Shown here: positions 1 to 9,364 of the stretch, in pieces | Layout: every line of letters starts with the position of its first letter | Numbering within the stretch: the stretch's first letter is position 1 | Position numbers and translations under genes: made by a program | UHGV virus genome: UHGV-1629914 | DNA length: 40,901 nt | Source: a virus | Reading direction: 5' to 3' (one strand) | The notes under the pieces: generated by a model | What the model saw: only the letters and a program-made list of their open reading frames with translations | Databases searched by the model: none | Told to the model about the DNA's origin: nothing

Positions 1-180
1 AAAGACACCTGCAGTGTCGCCTTTAGCAATATAACCGCTTTTCTCGCACATGTTACGCAAGCAGTCAATATATGAATGTTGCTCAGATTTGACTGCGCAT
101 AGCATTTGCTGTCTGCTAAATGACTCACCTACTGCAATGCTTGCTATGAATTGCTTGAATGCATCCCAACGAGTCATCAT
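1..180 (-). CDS. hypothetical protein, N-terminal portion; CDS runs off the window start
   Basis: ATG at 180-178 on the minus strand opens a frame with no stop down to position 1; this ATG overlaps the TGA stop of the upstream gene (ATGA). Confidence 0.3.
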   Translation of the reverse strand, partial: MMTRWDAFKQFIASIAVGESFSRQQMLCAVKSEQHSYIDCLRNMCEKSGYIAKGDTAGVF

Positions 181-632
181 AGATTCGATTTGTACGTTTC
201 ACAGCGTTTCCAATCTGTTGCAGCTTTCAGACCCTTCAAGTATTCTACATACATTGGATGCTCCCATGCAGGGTCATCAGTTACAGCAACATAGCCTTTG
301 CTGTGCTTATCTTTGTCAATAAGCATCTCTGCGTATTTTGGCGCAAGCAGTCGTTTGTTTGCAGCCCAAGCAAAATGACATTTGACAAAGTGTCGTGTAA
401 TTCTTGTGTATGCTGCTTTGACAGACTTTAACATGTCAGGGTCTGCAATGACATCAGCCAAATTCTGTGGCGCTGCTGCAATGAAAACTGCTTCACAGTC
501 TTTATGTTTTGCAGCAATTTGCTGTAGCAAGTCTTCATGTGAATTGAGATGCAGAATCGTCGAACAGATGACTACAATGTCTGTTGCAGGTTCGATTCGC
601 TTTGCTTGTTCTTTAAGAGATGGTCGTTCCAT
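177..632 (-). CDS. hypothetical protein (151 aa)
   Basis: ORF-track frame in the same orientation as the surrounding operon; no motif recognised. Confidence 0.5.
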   Translation of the reverse strand: MERPSLKEQAKRIEPATDIVVICSTILHLNSHEDLLQQIAAKHKDCEAVFIAAAPQNLADVIADPDMLKSVKAAYTRITRHFVKCHFAWAANKRLLAPKYAEMLIDKDKHSKGYVAVTDDPAWEHPMYVEYLKGLKAATDWKRCETYKSNL

Positions 633-638
633 GTTGTG

Positions 639-908
639 TCAGATTTTGATATGTCGTAGCAAAATTTTATGCAAATTCAGCAATGATTGTGCAGCATATG
701 CAGGATTTGGCTGAAGCTCTTTGCAGTTGTTGCATTTCAATGACTGTTCAGTTATTTGAGCATCTGTGTCAATGTCAATAGCAGTTTGGCAAACTACACA
801 TTGCCATTTAAGCGTATGTGTATGTAAGTTGTCTACGAACAATGTAGAGCCAAACTTGTCTTGCCAGTCTTCTGCGCATTTTGGATGAAACATTGTCAAT
901 GAGCCCAA
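639..908 (-). CDS. small Cys-containing hypothetical protein (89 aa)
   Basis: ORF-track frame with CVVC and CNNC pairs; overlaps the end of the upstream gene by 13 nt. Confidence 0.4.
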   Translation of the reverse strand: MGSLTMFHPKCAEDWQDKFGSTLFVDNLHTHTLKWQCVVCQTAIDIDTDAQITEQSLKCNNCKELQPNPAYAAQSLLNLHKILLRHIKI

Positions 909-1897
909 TTAAGCCATACATCATCAATTGATTGCGTAGTATATTCACAATCATACAAGAAATCTACAAGAGCATCATAATTGCGTCTGCCCCACAATTT
1001 GTGCTTCAGACTGCCAATTTCTTCGTCTTTTTTATAATTGTTGTAGATTCGTTCAAGCATTGCTGAAGAGCCTGCTTTTGTGTCGTACTCAGCCTCAAAC
1101 AAACAACCACAACTTGCTTTCTTAACAATTATGCGGTCATACATTGACACTACTGCTCGTAAAATGCTCTTTGACTGCAATCGTAGTGTGTCAAGTTTAT
1201 TGCATTGAGACTCCCATTTTTTGTACAACGTGTTGAACGATGGATTGTCAAGTAGCTTATCTGCAATTGCATACGCAAATGACATTGCATGCCAATCATC
1301 TGTTCTGAAGTCCTCTGTATTATGCTTGTTGTAATATGAGCCAGTCGGTGCACAGCCAATAAACGCTTCAAGCTGTCCAGAATCATTTCGTAATATGCGC
1401 AATGAATGCTTGTTGAAAAATGACACCCATATGCGATTATGCGCAACTATCACAGAATACTTATTTTCGCATTTTGCAGCAGCATCACTTATTGAACGAC
1501 AATCAATCTGCTTACAAATTGATGTTATGAATGCAGCAAACTCTTCATGCTTCTTGAGCTTGTTTTGTGTGACGTCATACAAATGCAATAGACCATTGAC
1601 AGCAGAGTCAAGCTTAGCTTCATCAGACTCAAAACTACCAAATGTTTCAAAGACTCGCATCTCTTTGTCGACAAGTGTTTCTACGATTGCGTCAATATCT
1701 TTGCTAAGTAACGTTTTGGGTTCCAACGTTGCATGCATAAATGTCAATTGGAGCAATGCATTTGCAGTTTGCTCAGACAATACGTCATTTGCACGTGCAA
1801 TGTCGATTGCAGCTTTAAGTTCTGTTCGTTTGACTTCAAAATATCGTTGCAGCTGTAGTTTAAGTTGCTGAGAGTAGACGTTATTTGGTCTGAGCAT
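896..1897 (-). CDS. hypothetical protein (333 aa)
   Basis: Long ATG-initiated ORF in operon orientation; no recognisable motif. Confidence 0.6.
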   Translation of the reverse strand: MLRPNNVYSQQLKLQLQRYFEVKRTELKAAIDIARANDVLSEQTANALLQLTFMHATLEPKTLLSKDIDAIVETLVDKEMRVFETFGSFESDEAKLDSAVNGLLHLYDVTQNKLKKHEEFAAFITSICKQIDCRSISDAAAKCENKYSVIVAHNRIWVSFFNKHSLRILRNDSGQLEAFIGCAPTGSYYNKHNTEDFRTDDWHAMSFAYAIADKLLDNPSFNTLYKKWESQCNKLDTLRLQSKSILRAVVSMYDRIIVKKASCGCLFEAEYDTKAGSSAMLERIYNNYKKDEEIGSLKHKLWGRRNYDALVDFLYDCEYTTQSIDDVWLNWAH

Positions 1898-2000
1898 ATT
1901 TGGGATGGACTCTTACGTTTATTTAAGAATAAAATACCACAAGTTGTCAAGTTTTGCTAACTTTGACGACTTGTGGTACGTCTATTTTGTACATGCATCA

Positions 2001-2420
2001 CTATTTGATTGCACGTTCAAACATTCTGCAGCACCAGTCTTTATACGCAGGATTGCCCTTGACATCTGCTCGGAATGCACAGTTGATAAGAGTCTTCTCT
2101 TCATCAACAAAGCATGCATAACGACAGTTTGCGCAACAACGAGCATCTTCTTGCTTTGTGCAAAATGCTGCACATGTCATGTCATCTTCTGTGTTGCGAA
2201 TTGTTTTTGTTGGCGTGTATTCATAAGTGCACTGACAAATGCCATTATGTTCACGATGAAAGAAGCAATTTTTGCAAACATGTGCAACTTCTTCAACTGG
2301 TGCTGATGCTGCATATGTTTGTTCTTGCTCTACTACAGGCTGTGTAGCAGCTTTAGTCTTTTTTGCCATTGTATCAAATGTTTGTATTTGTAAGTTGTTT
2401 TGATGCAAAATGCAAAACAA
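2001..2420 (-). CDS. Cys-rich putative zinc-binding protein (139 aa)
   Basis: ORF-track frame with many Cys/His (CKNC, CQC, CxxC pairs) beside the ligase gene. Confidence 0.5.
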   Translation of the reverse strand: MFCILHQNNLQIQTFDTMAKKTKAATQPVVEQEQTYAASAPVEEVAHVCKNCFFHREHNGICQCTYEYTPTKTIRNTEDDMTCAAFCTKQEDARCCANCRYACFVDEEKTLINCAFRADVKGNPAYKDWCCRMFERAIK

Positions 2421-2439
2421 TATAAAATTGTTTTGATAT

Positions 2440-4344
2440 CTACAAAGATTTGAACAATTCCTCGTATGTTACAATTTTCTTGCCTTTTGCAAGTGCTGCT
2501 TTCATTTTGTTCGACAGCTTGTTGACATCATTTGTGACAACATAGTCACATGCATCAATGTTTGCACCGACATCTTCAAGCTTACCATTTGTTGCATCAA
2601 TAAATGCACCTTTTGTCGCCCAAGTAGGCTTAGGCGAGCCTGTCATAACAACCTTGATTGTATCAGCGTTCGTAGATGCTTCTTTGTGCATTTCATTGAA
2701 CATTACGAAGCATTGCGGGTATTGTTTGAGCAATCTTTGAATGACATTCAACTTTATGAGCTTATCAATTGGCTCCATACTTAAGCCCTTAAAGTCATAT
2801 TGGCAATTGCTGAAGTACGCAGATAACTGATACGCTGCTTTGCTGCCAAGACCAGGAATCTGCATGCATTCAATGAAATGCGATAAGTGAATGCTATTGA
2901 AGCGTTCACGTAAGCCTGTAATGACTGCACAGTCATTTTTGCTATTTGTGTCAAACTGTAGCAGTTCAAACAATCTGTCATTGTCAACTTCTTGCACAAT
3001 GCAGAACAAGTCTTCAATTGTTGGCGCATCAGAGAATGTCAACATGACATCAAGATTGTCTTGTGCAATAAGCAAAGCCTCGCAAATTTTCGTAGCATAA
3101 ACCCAGCCAAGACCATCAATATTAAGCTTGCAAACGCCTTTGATAAACCTCGTGCATCTTGCAAATTCCTCAGGCATTATCAAGTGAATGCCATCGACAT
3201 ATGCATGTACAGGAATGTCAGCTTTGCTGATATCGCCAGGTTCAATGCATTCTTGAATGTCTGGTATGATGTCACCGCCCTTTTCAATACGAACAAGAGC
3301 ACCTGGCCAGATACCATTTGCATGCAAAAAGCCGTAGTGAAATGCAGATGCAGCCTTGACTGTAGTGCCATCAAGCTCAACAGGCTCAAGTTCAACTCTG
3401 GGAAAGAGTTCACCATTGATTCGTTGACGCCAATCAATTCGAGTTACTCGAGTTACAGCAGACATTGCGTCAAGCTTCAATGCAACCATGTTTGCATATT
3501 CTGCTGCATTTGCAAACTGCTGCTCAATCCACAAGTCATCTGCAAAAGGCTTGACTACAATGCCATCAATGCGATATTTGAATTCTGGGCGTTCATTAGC
3601 AATTTTTGTGCAAGTTTCTGCAAACTCATTGTAATCAGTGACTTCAAAGACTTCTGCAATGAATTCTGCAGGCCAGCCAACTTTAGCAAGAGCATCTGCA
3701 GGATTGGTTTGCTCGTATGTTTTGCCATCAAGTGTGTCAGTCAGCATGTATGCCATAGGGTCAATGTCTTCCATGCCACACATATCTAATGACTTCACAA
3801 ATGCCGCAGCAGTATTACGCTCATTTTTGTATTTAACTGAGCCATCAGAGTTGAAGTGATATTTTTGTGCAAAAATGTCTTTTGCAATGACAGCTTCAAA
3901 GCGAATCTGATATGGCTGTTCTGCTGCAGCAAGCTGCATCGGCACTTTGCCTGCTACAACAAATTTGCGCGTGACATCATAGCCCGTGTAGCCATCACCA
4001 CGAGTAACAACTTTCAGCAATCTGCCATCAGTGTCGTAATGTGCTTCACAGCCCATGCCGTCATACTTGTGCATAAGTAACATTTTATAACCAACAATGT
4101 TGCACACAATATCATGCAATGTGGTTGTAAACTGTGATTTTGTATGAATTGCAGCAAGACTCAATGCAGGTGTAAGATGCTTAACTTCTTGCTTATTTGA
4201 CTCTTCAAAGCGAATCTTATGTTTGATGTCGCTATTTGCAAGAAGCTGCTGTTCAAGAGCATCAAATGCCTCATCAGACATTATCGGATTGCCTGCATAA
4301 TACGCAGCTATTGCGTCATGGTACATATTGAGTGTATCAGTCAT
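2440..4344 (-). CDS. ligA: NAD-dependent DNA ligase (LigA family)
   Basis: 634 aa with adenylation motif KYDG, the LigA-typical VTRGDGYTGYDVT block, DGIVVK, and a C-terminal region resembling HhH/BRCT. Confidence 0.88.
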   Translation of the reverse strand: MTDTLNMYHDAIAAYYAGNPIMSDEAFDALEQQLLANSDIKHKIRFEESNKQEVKHLTPALSLAAIHTKSQFTTTLHDIVCNIVGYKMLLMHKYDGMGCEAHYDTDGRLLKVVTRGDGYTGYDVTRKFVVAGKVPMQLAAAEQPYQIRFEAVIAKDIFAQKYHFNSDGSVKYKNERNTAAAFVKSLDMCGMEDIDPMAYMLTDTLDGKTYEQTNPADALAKVGWPAEFIAEVFEVTDYNEFAETCTKIANERPEFKYRIDGIVVKPFADDLWIEQQFANAAEYANMVALKLDAMSAVTRVTRIDWRQRINGELFPRVELEPVELDGTTVKAASAFHYGFLHANGIWPGALVRIEKGGDIIPDIQECIEPGDISKADIPVHAYVDGIHLIMPEEFARCTRFIKGVCKLNIDGLGWVYATKICEALLIAQDNLDVMLTFSDAPTIEDLFCIVQEVDNDRLFELLQFDTNSKNDCAVITGLRERFNSIHLSHFIECMQIPGLGSKAAYQLSAYFSNCQYDFKGLSMEPIDKLIKLNVIQRLLKQYPQCFVMFNEMHKEASTNADTIKVVMTGSPKPTWATKGAFIDATNGKLEDVGANIDACDYVVTNDVNKLSNKMKAALAKGKKIVTYEELFKSL

Positions 4345-4576
4345 CGTCTTCTTCTGTTAAATCATTTTCTTCTACCAATGTGTCAGTTGTGTCAATATCT
4401 GGAAATTCGTAGTTGTTAGGTCGTTTTACGCTAATGTTATGCAAATGCTTCATAAGTTCATCACGAGTCATAAAGAACGTGTTATTATTGTCATTTGCAT
4501 ACATTAAAGGCTTTGCTGTAGATTCGTATGTAGTTGCCGTGCACACATACAACGGCGAGCCATTCAGTGTTGGCAT
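4337..4576 (-). CDS. small acidic hypothetical protein (79 aa)
   Basis: ORF-track frame with an acidic C-terminus (TEEDDD); overlaps the ligase start by 8 nt. Confidence 0.4.
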   Translation of the reverse strand: MPTLNGSPLYVCTATTYESTAKPLMYANDNNNTFFMTRDELMKHLHNISVKRPNNYEFPDIDTTDTLVEENDLTEEDDD

Positions 4577-4577
4577 T

Positions 4578-5021
4578 TCATTGCAATTGTTTTTGATACG
4601 CTATCAATTCATTAAGCAATTCATCTGCATGACATTGAACAAGTAGTTGCCATGTTTTTGAATCAATGTCTTCAGTTTGCATGTACAAGTCTACTACTCG
4701 TTTGTCAAACTTATTTATTGCATCTACAGTAGCATTACTTGTAGGTTTGTCAACTTTCTTACCGCTGATAAAAGACCATTTTGGTTGTCTTGCGTTGCCA
4801 AGTTCTCTATGATAAGCATTCATAACTTGTGTCATGTCCATACCGAGTTTGTTGAATGCTTGAGCAATCTGCGGAAAGGCTATGGCAACATTGCGATTTG
4901 TCATGAATGCATTGTCTGCTTTTTGTTTTGCAGTCAACTTATCATAATCGCTATCACGAACATACAGCAACTCCTTAAATTTGAAGAAGTCTACTTTTTG
5001 TGTGATGAATTGTTCTGCCAT
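4578..5021 (-). CDS. hypothetical protein (147 aa)
   Basis: ATG-initiated ORF preceded by a class A promoter-like motif at 5048-5078. Confidence 0.55.
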   Translation of the reverse strand: MAEQFITQKVDFFKFKELLYVRDSDYDKLTAKQKADNAFMTNRNVAIAFPQIAQAFNKLGMDMTQVMNAYHRELGNARQPKWSFISGKKVDKPTSNATVDAINKFDKRVVDLYMQTEDIDSKTWQLLVQCHADELLNELIAYQKQLQ

Positions 5022-5047
5022 TGAAGTTTATGTTATTATATAGTGAT

Positions 5048-5078
5048 ATTGTACAACAAAAATCTCAAATTTGCACAC
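5048..5078 (-). promoter_or_regulatory. class A promoter-like motif (GTGCAAAnTTTG ... TTGTACAAT on the coding strand)
   Basis: Motif lies about 27 nt upstream of the ATG at 5021; the same bipartite motif recurs at 18458, 20724, 20843, 28548 and 38529. Confidence 0.5.
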
Positions 5079-5575
5079 TACGATGGCTTTTTGTCATCAA
5101 ATTTGAAAATGACTGGCATTGCAGAATCAGGCTTTATGTCGCCTTTGTTAACTGCGTCATTTAAGCATTCTACAATCTTTTTGCCAAAATCTTTTACTTC
5201 TGCAGGAATTTTCTCGTATGGCACATTTGACGATAATTGAGGTTCATTTTGCTGAGGCTCGTTTTGTTGAAGCTCTGCTGTTTCAGATAGCTGCTTATCA
5301 ATTCGAGTAAACATCAATTCATCACGTGCATCAATGAATTCTTGAATTGTTTGCAGCTGCTCAATGCTGCATATTACAATGCATTGCAACAAATTTGACG
5401 CGTCATAGAATGACATGCCAACAATTCGTGTAGTATCATAATCGATGTCTTTCAATGTGTCCATAAACGACATTGATAAGTCTTCAATGCTTGATACATC
5501 TGCAATGCTGAATACAAATTGTGTGCTGCCGACACATTCATGCTTGTCTGAAAATATGAGCTTATCTACTGTCAT
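5078..5575 (-). CDS. hypothetical protein with QQNEPQQNEPQ repeat (165 aa)
   Basis: ORF-track frame in operon orientation. Confidence 0.5.
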   Translation of the reverse strand: MTVDKLIFSDKHECVGSTQFVFSIADVSSIEDLSMSFMDTLKDIDYDTTRIVGMSFYDASNLLQCIVICSIEQLQTIQEFIDARDELMFTRIDKQLSETAELQQNEPQQNEPQLSSNVPYEKIPAEVKDFGKKIVECLNDAVNKGDIKPDSAMPVIFKFDDKKPS

Positions 5576-5787
5576 TTCGTAGTTGCTTTTGTAATGATGC
5601 CCTTTGCAAGCATCTTTTTGTATGTGTCATAGCCGATAATGTCAATTGTTATGTCGTTTACTCGCCGAACAATCAACTCTGCTTTATCTGCAGCAGACAT
5701 GATGTTATCTGCAGCTTCTTTGTTTGCAGTGATAGCAGACCACTTACCATTACCGAGCTTGGTTATGTTTGCTTTGATTGATGTCAT
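5572..5787 (-). CDS. small hypothetical protein (71 aa)
   Basis: ORF-track frame; ATGA overlap with the downstream gene at 5572-5575. Confidence 0.45.
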   Translation of the reverse strand: MTSIKANITKLGNGKWSAITANKEAADNIMSAADKAELIVRRVNDITIDIIGYDTYKKMLAKGIITKATTK

Positions 5788-5792
5788 TGTTG

Positions 5793-7136
5793 TCAGAATT
5801 GAAACATGTTATTGATAAATGCATCGCCAAACTGTGCATCTGCAGCTTTTGACGTTGTGTCATATGTTGCTGCATTGATACCAAGTGCAGTTATTGTTGA
5901 TTGAGCATCTACAAGTTCATACACTTTGCAGCTTGGCTTTGTAATGTCTGTAAACGACATTGTGTACATGAAGTTTTCAAAGATATGTCTTGGTACTTCA
6001 CGTGCATTCAAACATGCAAGTTGTCTATTTTCTGCAAATCGCGCCTTGAGCCATTCAAAGTCATCTGCAGGTACTGAGTCAACATTCATGAATGTCTTAT
6101 ATGCTGCAGTCAAAAACATTGCAATGACTTCGTCATCATACAAATCTTCACCAAGCATATATCGCATGCCAGGTTCCAACTGTTTTGCATTGTTAGTTTC
6201 AATACCAAGAGACTTCAATGCATCGTAGATTTGGCCTACAGATAAATGCGACCAATTGTTGCCGCGTTTCTTGAGCTTGCCAAACAATTCTGGGATGTTG
6301 TCACCAGCATCACCAAGCACAATCTTGTAAAACAAGAAACTTGGCACATGTTCATGAATCTCAGCATCAACATACTCAAGCAATGCTGCATATGGGTTGT
6401 CAAGAATACGTGTTTTAACTTGAGCACCAGCAAAGCTGTCGAAGATGCTGCCGCCGACATTCTGCGACTTTTCACCAGCAAGTTCTTTGATGTGTTCAAG
6501 CACAAACTTGTCGCCCATCAGTACTCGAGACTTCTGCCACCCATTTGCTTTGCAGCCATTTTTGATGATTGCATACGCTGAACATGCGCCAGTATAAGTA
6601 TCGACACAAACACATTGAGTCAAGTCTTTGTCAGTGCCTTGATACAACACATTGCGGCCTTTTGATGTTGCATATCTGCTAAGCATGAATATGACATCAT
6701 CAGCCTCTGCTTCAGAAAGCTTGATATGACGAATGCCATGCACTTCTTGCATCAACTTCAACCATTCAAAGTATACACCATAAACTTTGAGCCAATTGAT
6801 TGTTTGGTCATATGTTCGAGTGCCTTTGTAACCAGCATCTTCACCTTGTTCAAAGCCCTCTCTTGTCAAGTATTGATGCTTTGAGCGCCACAAATTCGAC
6901 TTTTTGTCATCGACAGCAATAATGACATCATCAACGACATCTTCAAGTCTACGAAGCTCATTGCAAAGGTCGAGCGTTAGCTTTGATATCAAAGACAGTC
7001 TTGATGCATTCTCATTCTTTTCAAATGACAAGTCTGTGCCTGATTTTGCTAACACTGGCACTCTGCTCTTAAGCCACCAGCTTCCGTCAATTACGTAGAT
7101 GAACTTGTGATTATGAGTATTGTCAAGCTTTGTCAT
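5793..7136 (-). CDS. 5'-3' exonuclease / flap endonuclease (T4 RNase H / FEN family)
   Basis: 447 aa with N-terminal YVIDGSWW, then YKGTR, EAEADD, GTDKD and GDAGDNIPE, the ordered signature of 5' nuclease domains. Confidence 0.85.
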   Translation of the reverse strand: MTKLDNTHNHKFIYVIDGSWWLKSRVPVLAKSGTDLSFEKNENASRLSLISKLTLDLCNELRRLEDVVDDVIIAVDDKKSNLWRSKHQYLTREGFEQGEDAGYKGTRTYDQTINWLKVYGVYFEWLKLMQEVHGIRHIKLSEAEADDVIFMLSRYATSKGRNVLYQGTDKDLTQCVCVDTYTGACSAYAIIKNGCKANGWQKSRVLMGDKFVLEHIKELAGEKSQNVGGSIFDSFAGAQVKTRILDNPYAALLEYVDAEIHEHVPSFLFYKIVLGDAGDNIPELFGKLKKRGNNWSHLSVGQIYDALKSLGIETNNAKQLEPGMRYMLGEDLYDDEVIAMFLTAAYKTFMNVDSVPADDFEWLKARFAENRQLACLNAREVPRHIFENFMYTMSFTDITKPSCKVYELVDAQSTITALGINAATYDTTSKAADAQFGDAFINNMFQF

Positions 7137-7384
7137 TGTCTGAATGCTTTTGCAATTGCTGATGTTGAGAGCATTGGCACACTGTCATTTTTGAAGCGAG
7201 GCTTTTTGTTTGACAACGACCACTTTTGTTTATGCCACTTCGAGCAACTTGTGCCACGATTTGTTACATCTGCGCCGGACCTTGAGCATTTGAGTCGAAA
7301 GTCTTGTGCAGATGTACCATGCTTCTTTATTGAATGCTGACAATTATAGCAGCATTTATCGTGCGGTTCTACTGGATATCTCAT
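7133..7384 (-). CDS. small Cys/His-rich hypothetical protein (about 83 aa)
   Basis: Internal ATG (MRYPVEPHDKCCYNCQHS...) of ORF 7133..7492 starts just after the stop of the upstream gene; ATGA overlap with the exonuclease gene at 7133-7136. Confidence 0.4.
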   Translation of the reverse strand: MRYPVEPHDKCCYNCQHSIKKHGTSAQDFRLKCSRSGADVTNRGTSCSKWHKQKWSLSNKKPRFKNDSVPMLSTSAIAKAFRQ

Positions 7385-7385
7385 G

Positions 7386-7853
7386 TCATTCAATGATAAG
7401 TGTATGACCGACTTCTTTCGCAAATGACACAATGCAACCAAACAATTGCGGGTCACACCAAGGCTTGATGAACTGCTGCCACCAGTGAACATCAGATGAT
7501 ACCATCATTTCTTTGACAAGGTCTTCCTTTTCCCTGTCAAGATATGCAATGTCGCCCAACGCAAACATTGACTTCAAGATGTTATCATCACTCATGTCAA
7601 ACTTGCCAAGCCCTTGTTCGTCAACTTTTCGTGCAACCTTGATTGCATCAGGCAGCTTACATGCACCATTTGCGCATAAACATGCTGCAAGAATTACAAA
7701 TGCAGGCTTTTTGTCCTGTGCAAGTCTGTATGCCCAATTGCGTGTTGCAGGAAAGTTTGGTACCCTGATGTCTACACCTTGAGGCAGATTTGATTCTTTA
7801 ACTGCTTTGAGCTTGGCATCACTGCCAACCATGCCCATCTTTATTTGTGTCAT
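7386..7853 (-). CDS. hypothetical protein (155 aa)
   Basis: ORF-track frame in operon orientation. Confidence 0.5.
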   Translation of the reverse strand: MTQIKMGMVGSDAKLKAVKESNLPQGVDIRVPNFPATRNWAYRLAQDKKPAFVILAACLCANGACKLPDAIKVARKVDEQGLGKFDMSDDNILKSMFALGDIAYLDREKEDLVKEMMVSSDVHWWQQFIKPWCDPQLFGCIVSFAKEVGHTLIIE

Positions 7854-7980
7854 ATGTCAATCTTGGTCAAGAAATTGTTCTTCGTCATTTGGCTGTTTCT
7901 TTGTCGACTCATCGACATTGTCTGCATCAAGCCACTGGTCATCTTGCTTGACTGTTCCAGTATCTGGTACGTTCATATCG

Positions 7981-8376
7981 TTATCGATTCTTTGAAAATG
8001 AAACTTGTGTTGATTGCTGTGGTCGTATGTCAACAAACACTGAATCTACTGCATCAAACTTAAGCGTAGCAAGTGAATCAATTGTTTGTCTTGCTTTTTG
8101 CAAATTGCGTGCTTTGATGCCTGATACTGTTGCAGACTTTTCAAGCAGATATGCATCACGAGGCGTCCAGTAACGAGCTTGCCAACGCATATGCATAGAG
8201 TCGACAATCAGATTTTCTGCTGCAGCATCAATAATTGCTGCAGTTGATTGCTGAGTTGCATCAAGTCGTTGCTGTAACACCGCCAATTGTTTTGTGTGCT
8301 GTTGCTGTTGTTTGAACACTACGCTGATTGCGCCAAATAAAAGAAACCACGCAATAAAATGCAAAAATGACTTCAT
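7981..8376 (-). CDS. putative membrane/secreted protein (131 aa)
   Basis: N-terminal hydrophobic segment FLHFIAWFLLFGAISVVF; ATGA overlap with the clamp-loader stop. Confidence 0.5.
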   Translation of the reverse strand: MKSFLHFIAWFLLFGAISVVFKQQQQHTKQLAVLQQRLDATQQSTAAIIDAAAENLIVDSMHMRWQARYWTPRDAYLLEKSATVSGIKARNLQKARQTIDSLATLKFDAVDSVFVDIRPQQSTQVSFSKNR

Positions 8377-9347
8377 GATTGCTGCACGAATTTTGAGAGC
8401 TCGAATGATAATGCGAGCATTGTTATGAATTGGTCAATTGATTGTTTCGACTCTACGCCATATTTGTGAGCTGCAATGACAATGTCTCCAAGTCGTGCAA
8501 CAAAACCAGGCGTGTTCTTTGATAGCTTTGCATAGCACCAATTTGCAAAGTCAGTTGAGAGAGCATTGATGACTTCGGTTTCACGACCTTTGTATTGTGA
8601 CAGTGTTTGATAATGTGTTCTTGGGTCTTTGCAAGTCACAATAAATTCGTACAACTCTTCAAACTTTGCTGACATGCCCTTTGTGACATGCTCAAGTGTT
8701 ATGTGACGCTCGCCTTGATTAAAGACAAAGTAGCAAATGTTCAGAATTTTGCGGAAGTCTGGGTAGTTATCTTGAATGAGCTTGATGAGTGCCTCTTTTT
8801 CAATTGTGCATTCATTTTCTTTCAAGATATTGTAGACGCGAACCATACACTTCTTCATCAACTGTTCTGCAACATCATCAGAAAAGTCGAATGATAGCAT
8901 TTTGAGACGAGATTGAGCAATTGCATTTTCAATTCTGTCTGGATAATTACAAGTTGCAATGAAAAATGCAATGCCTGCAAACTCTTCAATGGTGCCTCGC
9001 AAAGCCATCTGACTTTGTGTCGATAGATAATCCATTTCATCAAGCAGCACAACCTTTACGCCACTTGACGACAATGACATATGCTGACAGAATTCTGAAA
9101 TTGTGTTGCGAACTGTGTCAATGCCAGAATTCTTTGAGCAGTTGATTTGCAAAATCGAACGTCTATCAGTCCACTTCAATGCCAATGCTCTTGCTGCGGT
9201 TGTTTTCCCACTTCCTGGTGCTCCTGCGAACAAATAATTTTGCGGTTGACCATTAAATGCTGCAGCATAATCATCAGGCACAATTAACTCTTCGACTTTT
9301 GTTGGTCGATATTTTTCAAGCCAAGTTCTATCTTTAAGGGATGCCAT
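8373..9347 (-). CDS. clamp loader ATPase (RFC-like AAA+)
   Basis: WLEKYRP box, Walker A GAPGSGKTT and Walker B VVLLDEMD. Start moved to the internal ATG (MASLKDR) because the ORF-track extension to 9380 overlaps the upstream conserved motif. Confidence 0.8.
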   Translation of the reverse strand: MASLKDRTWLEKYRPTKVEELIVPDDYAAAFNGQPQNYLFAGAPGSGKTTAARALALKWTDRRSILQINCSKNSGIDTVRNTISEFCQHMSLSSSGVKVVLLDEMDYLSTQSQMALRGTIEEFAGIAFFIATCNYPDRIENAIAQSRLKMLSFDFSDDVAEQLMKKCMVRVYNILKENECTIEKEALIKLIQDNYPDFRKILNICYFVFNQGERHITLEHVTKGMSAKFEELYEFIVTCKDPRTHYQTLSQYKGRETEVINALSTDFANWCYAKLSKNTPGFVARLGDIVIAAHKYGVESKQSIDQFITMLALSFELSKFVQQS

Positions 9348-9364
9348 TTGTTGTTTGTTATGAT

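Noticed and set aside
2992-3789. 265-aa plus-strand ORF inside the ligase gene, and similar antisense ORFs (for example 37412..38083 inside the reductase, 1395..1871, 15709..16050)
   Set aside because: They lie entirely within long minus-strand genes that have clear catalytic motifs and are low-complexity Ser/Cys-rich shadow frames; no independent signal supports them.
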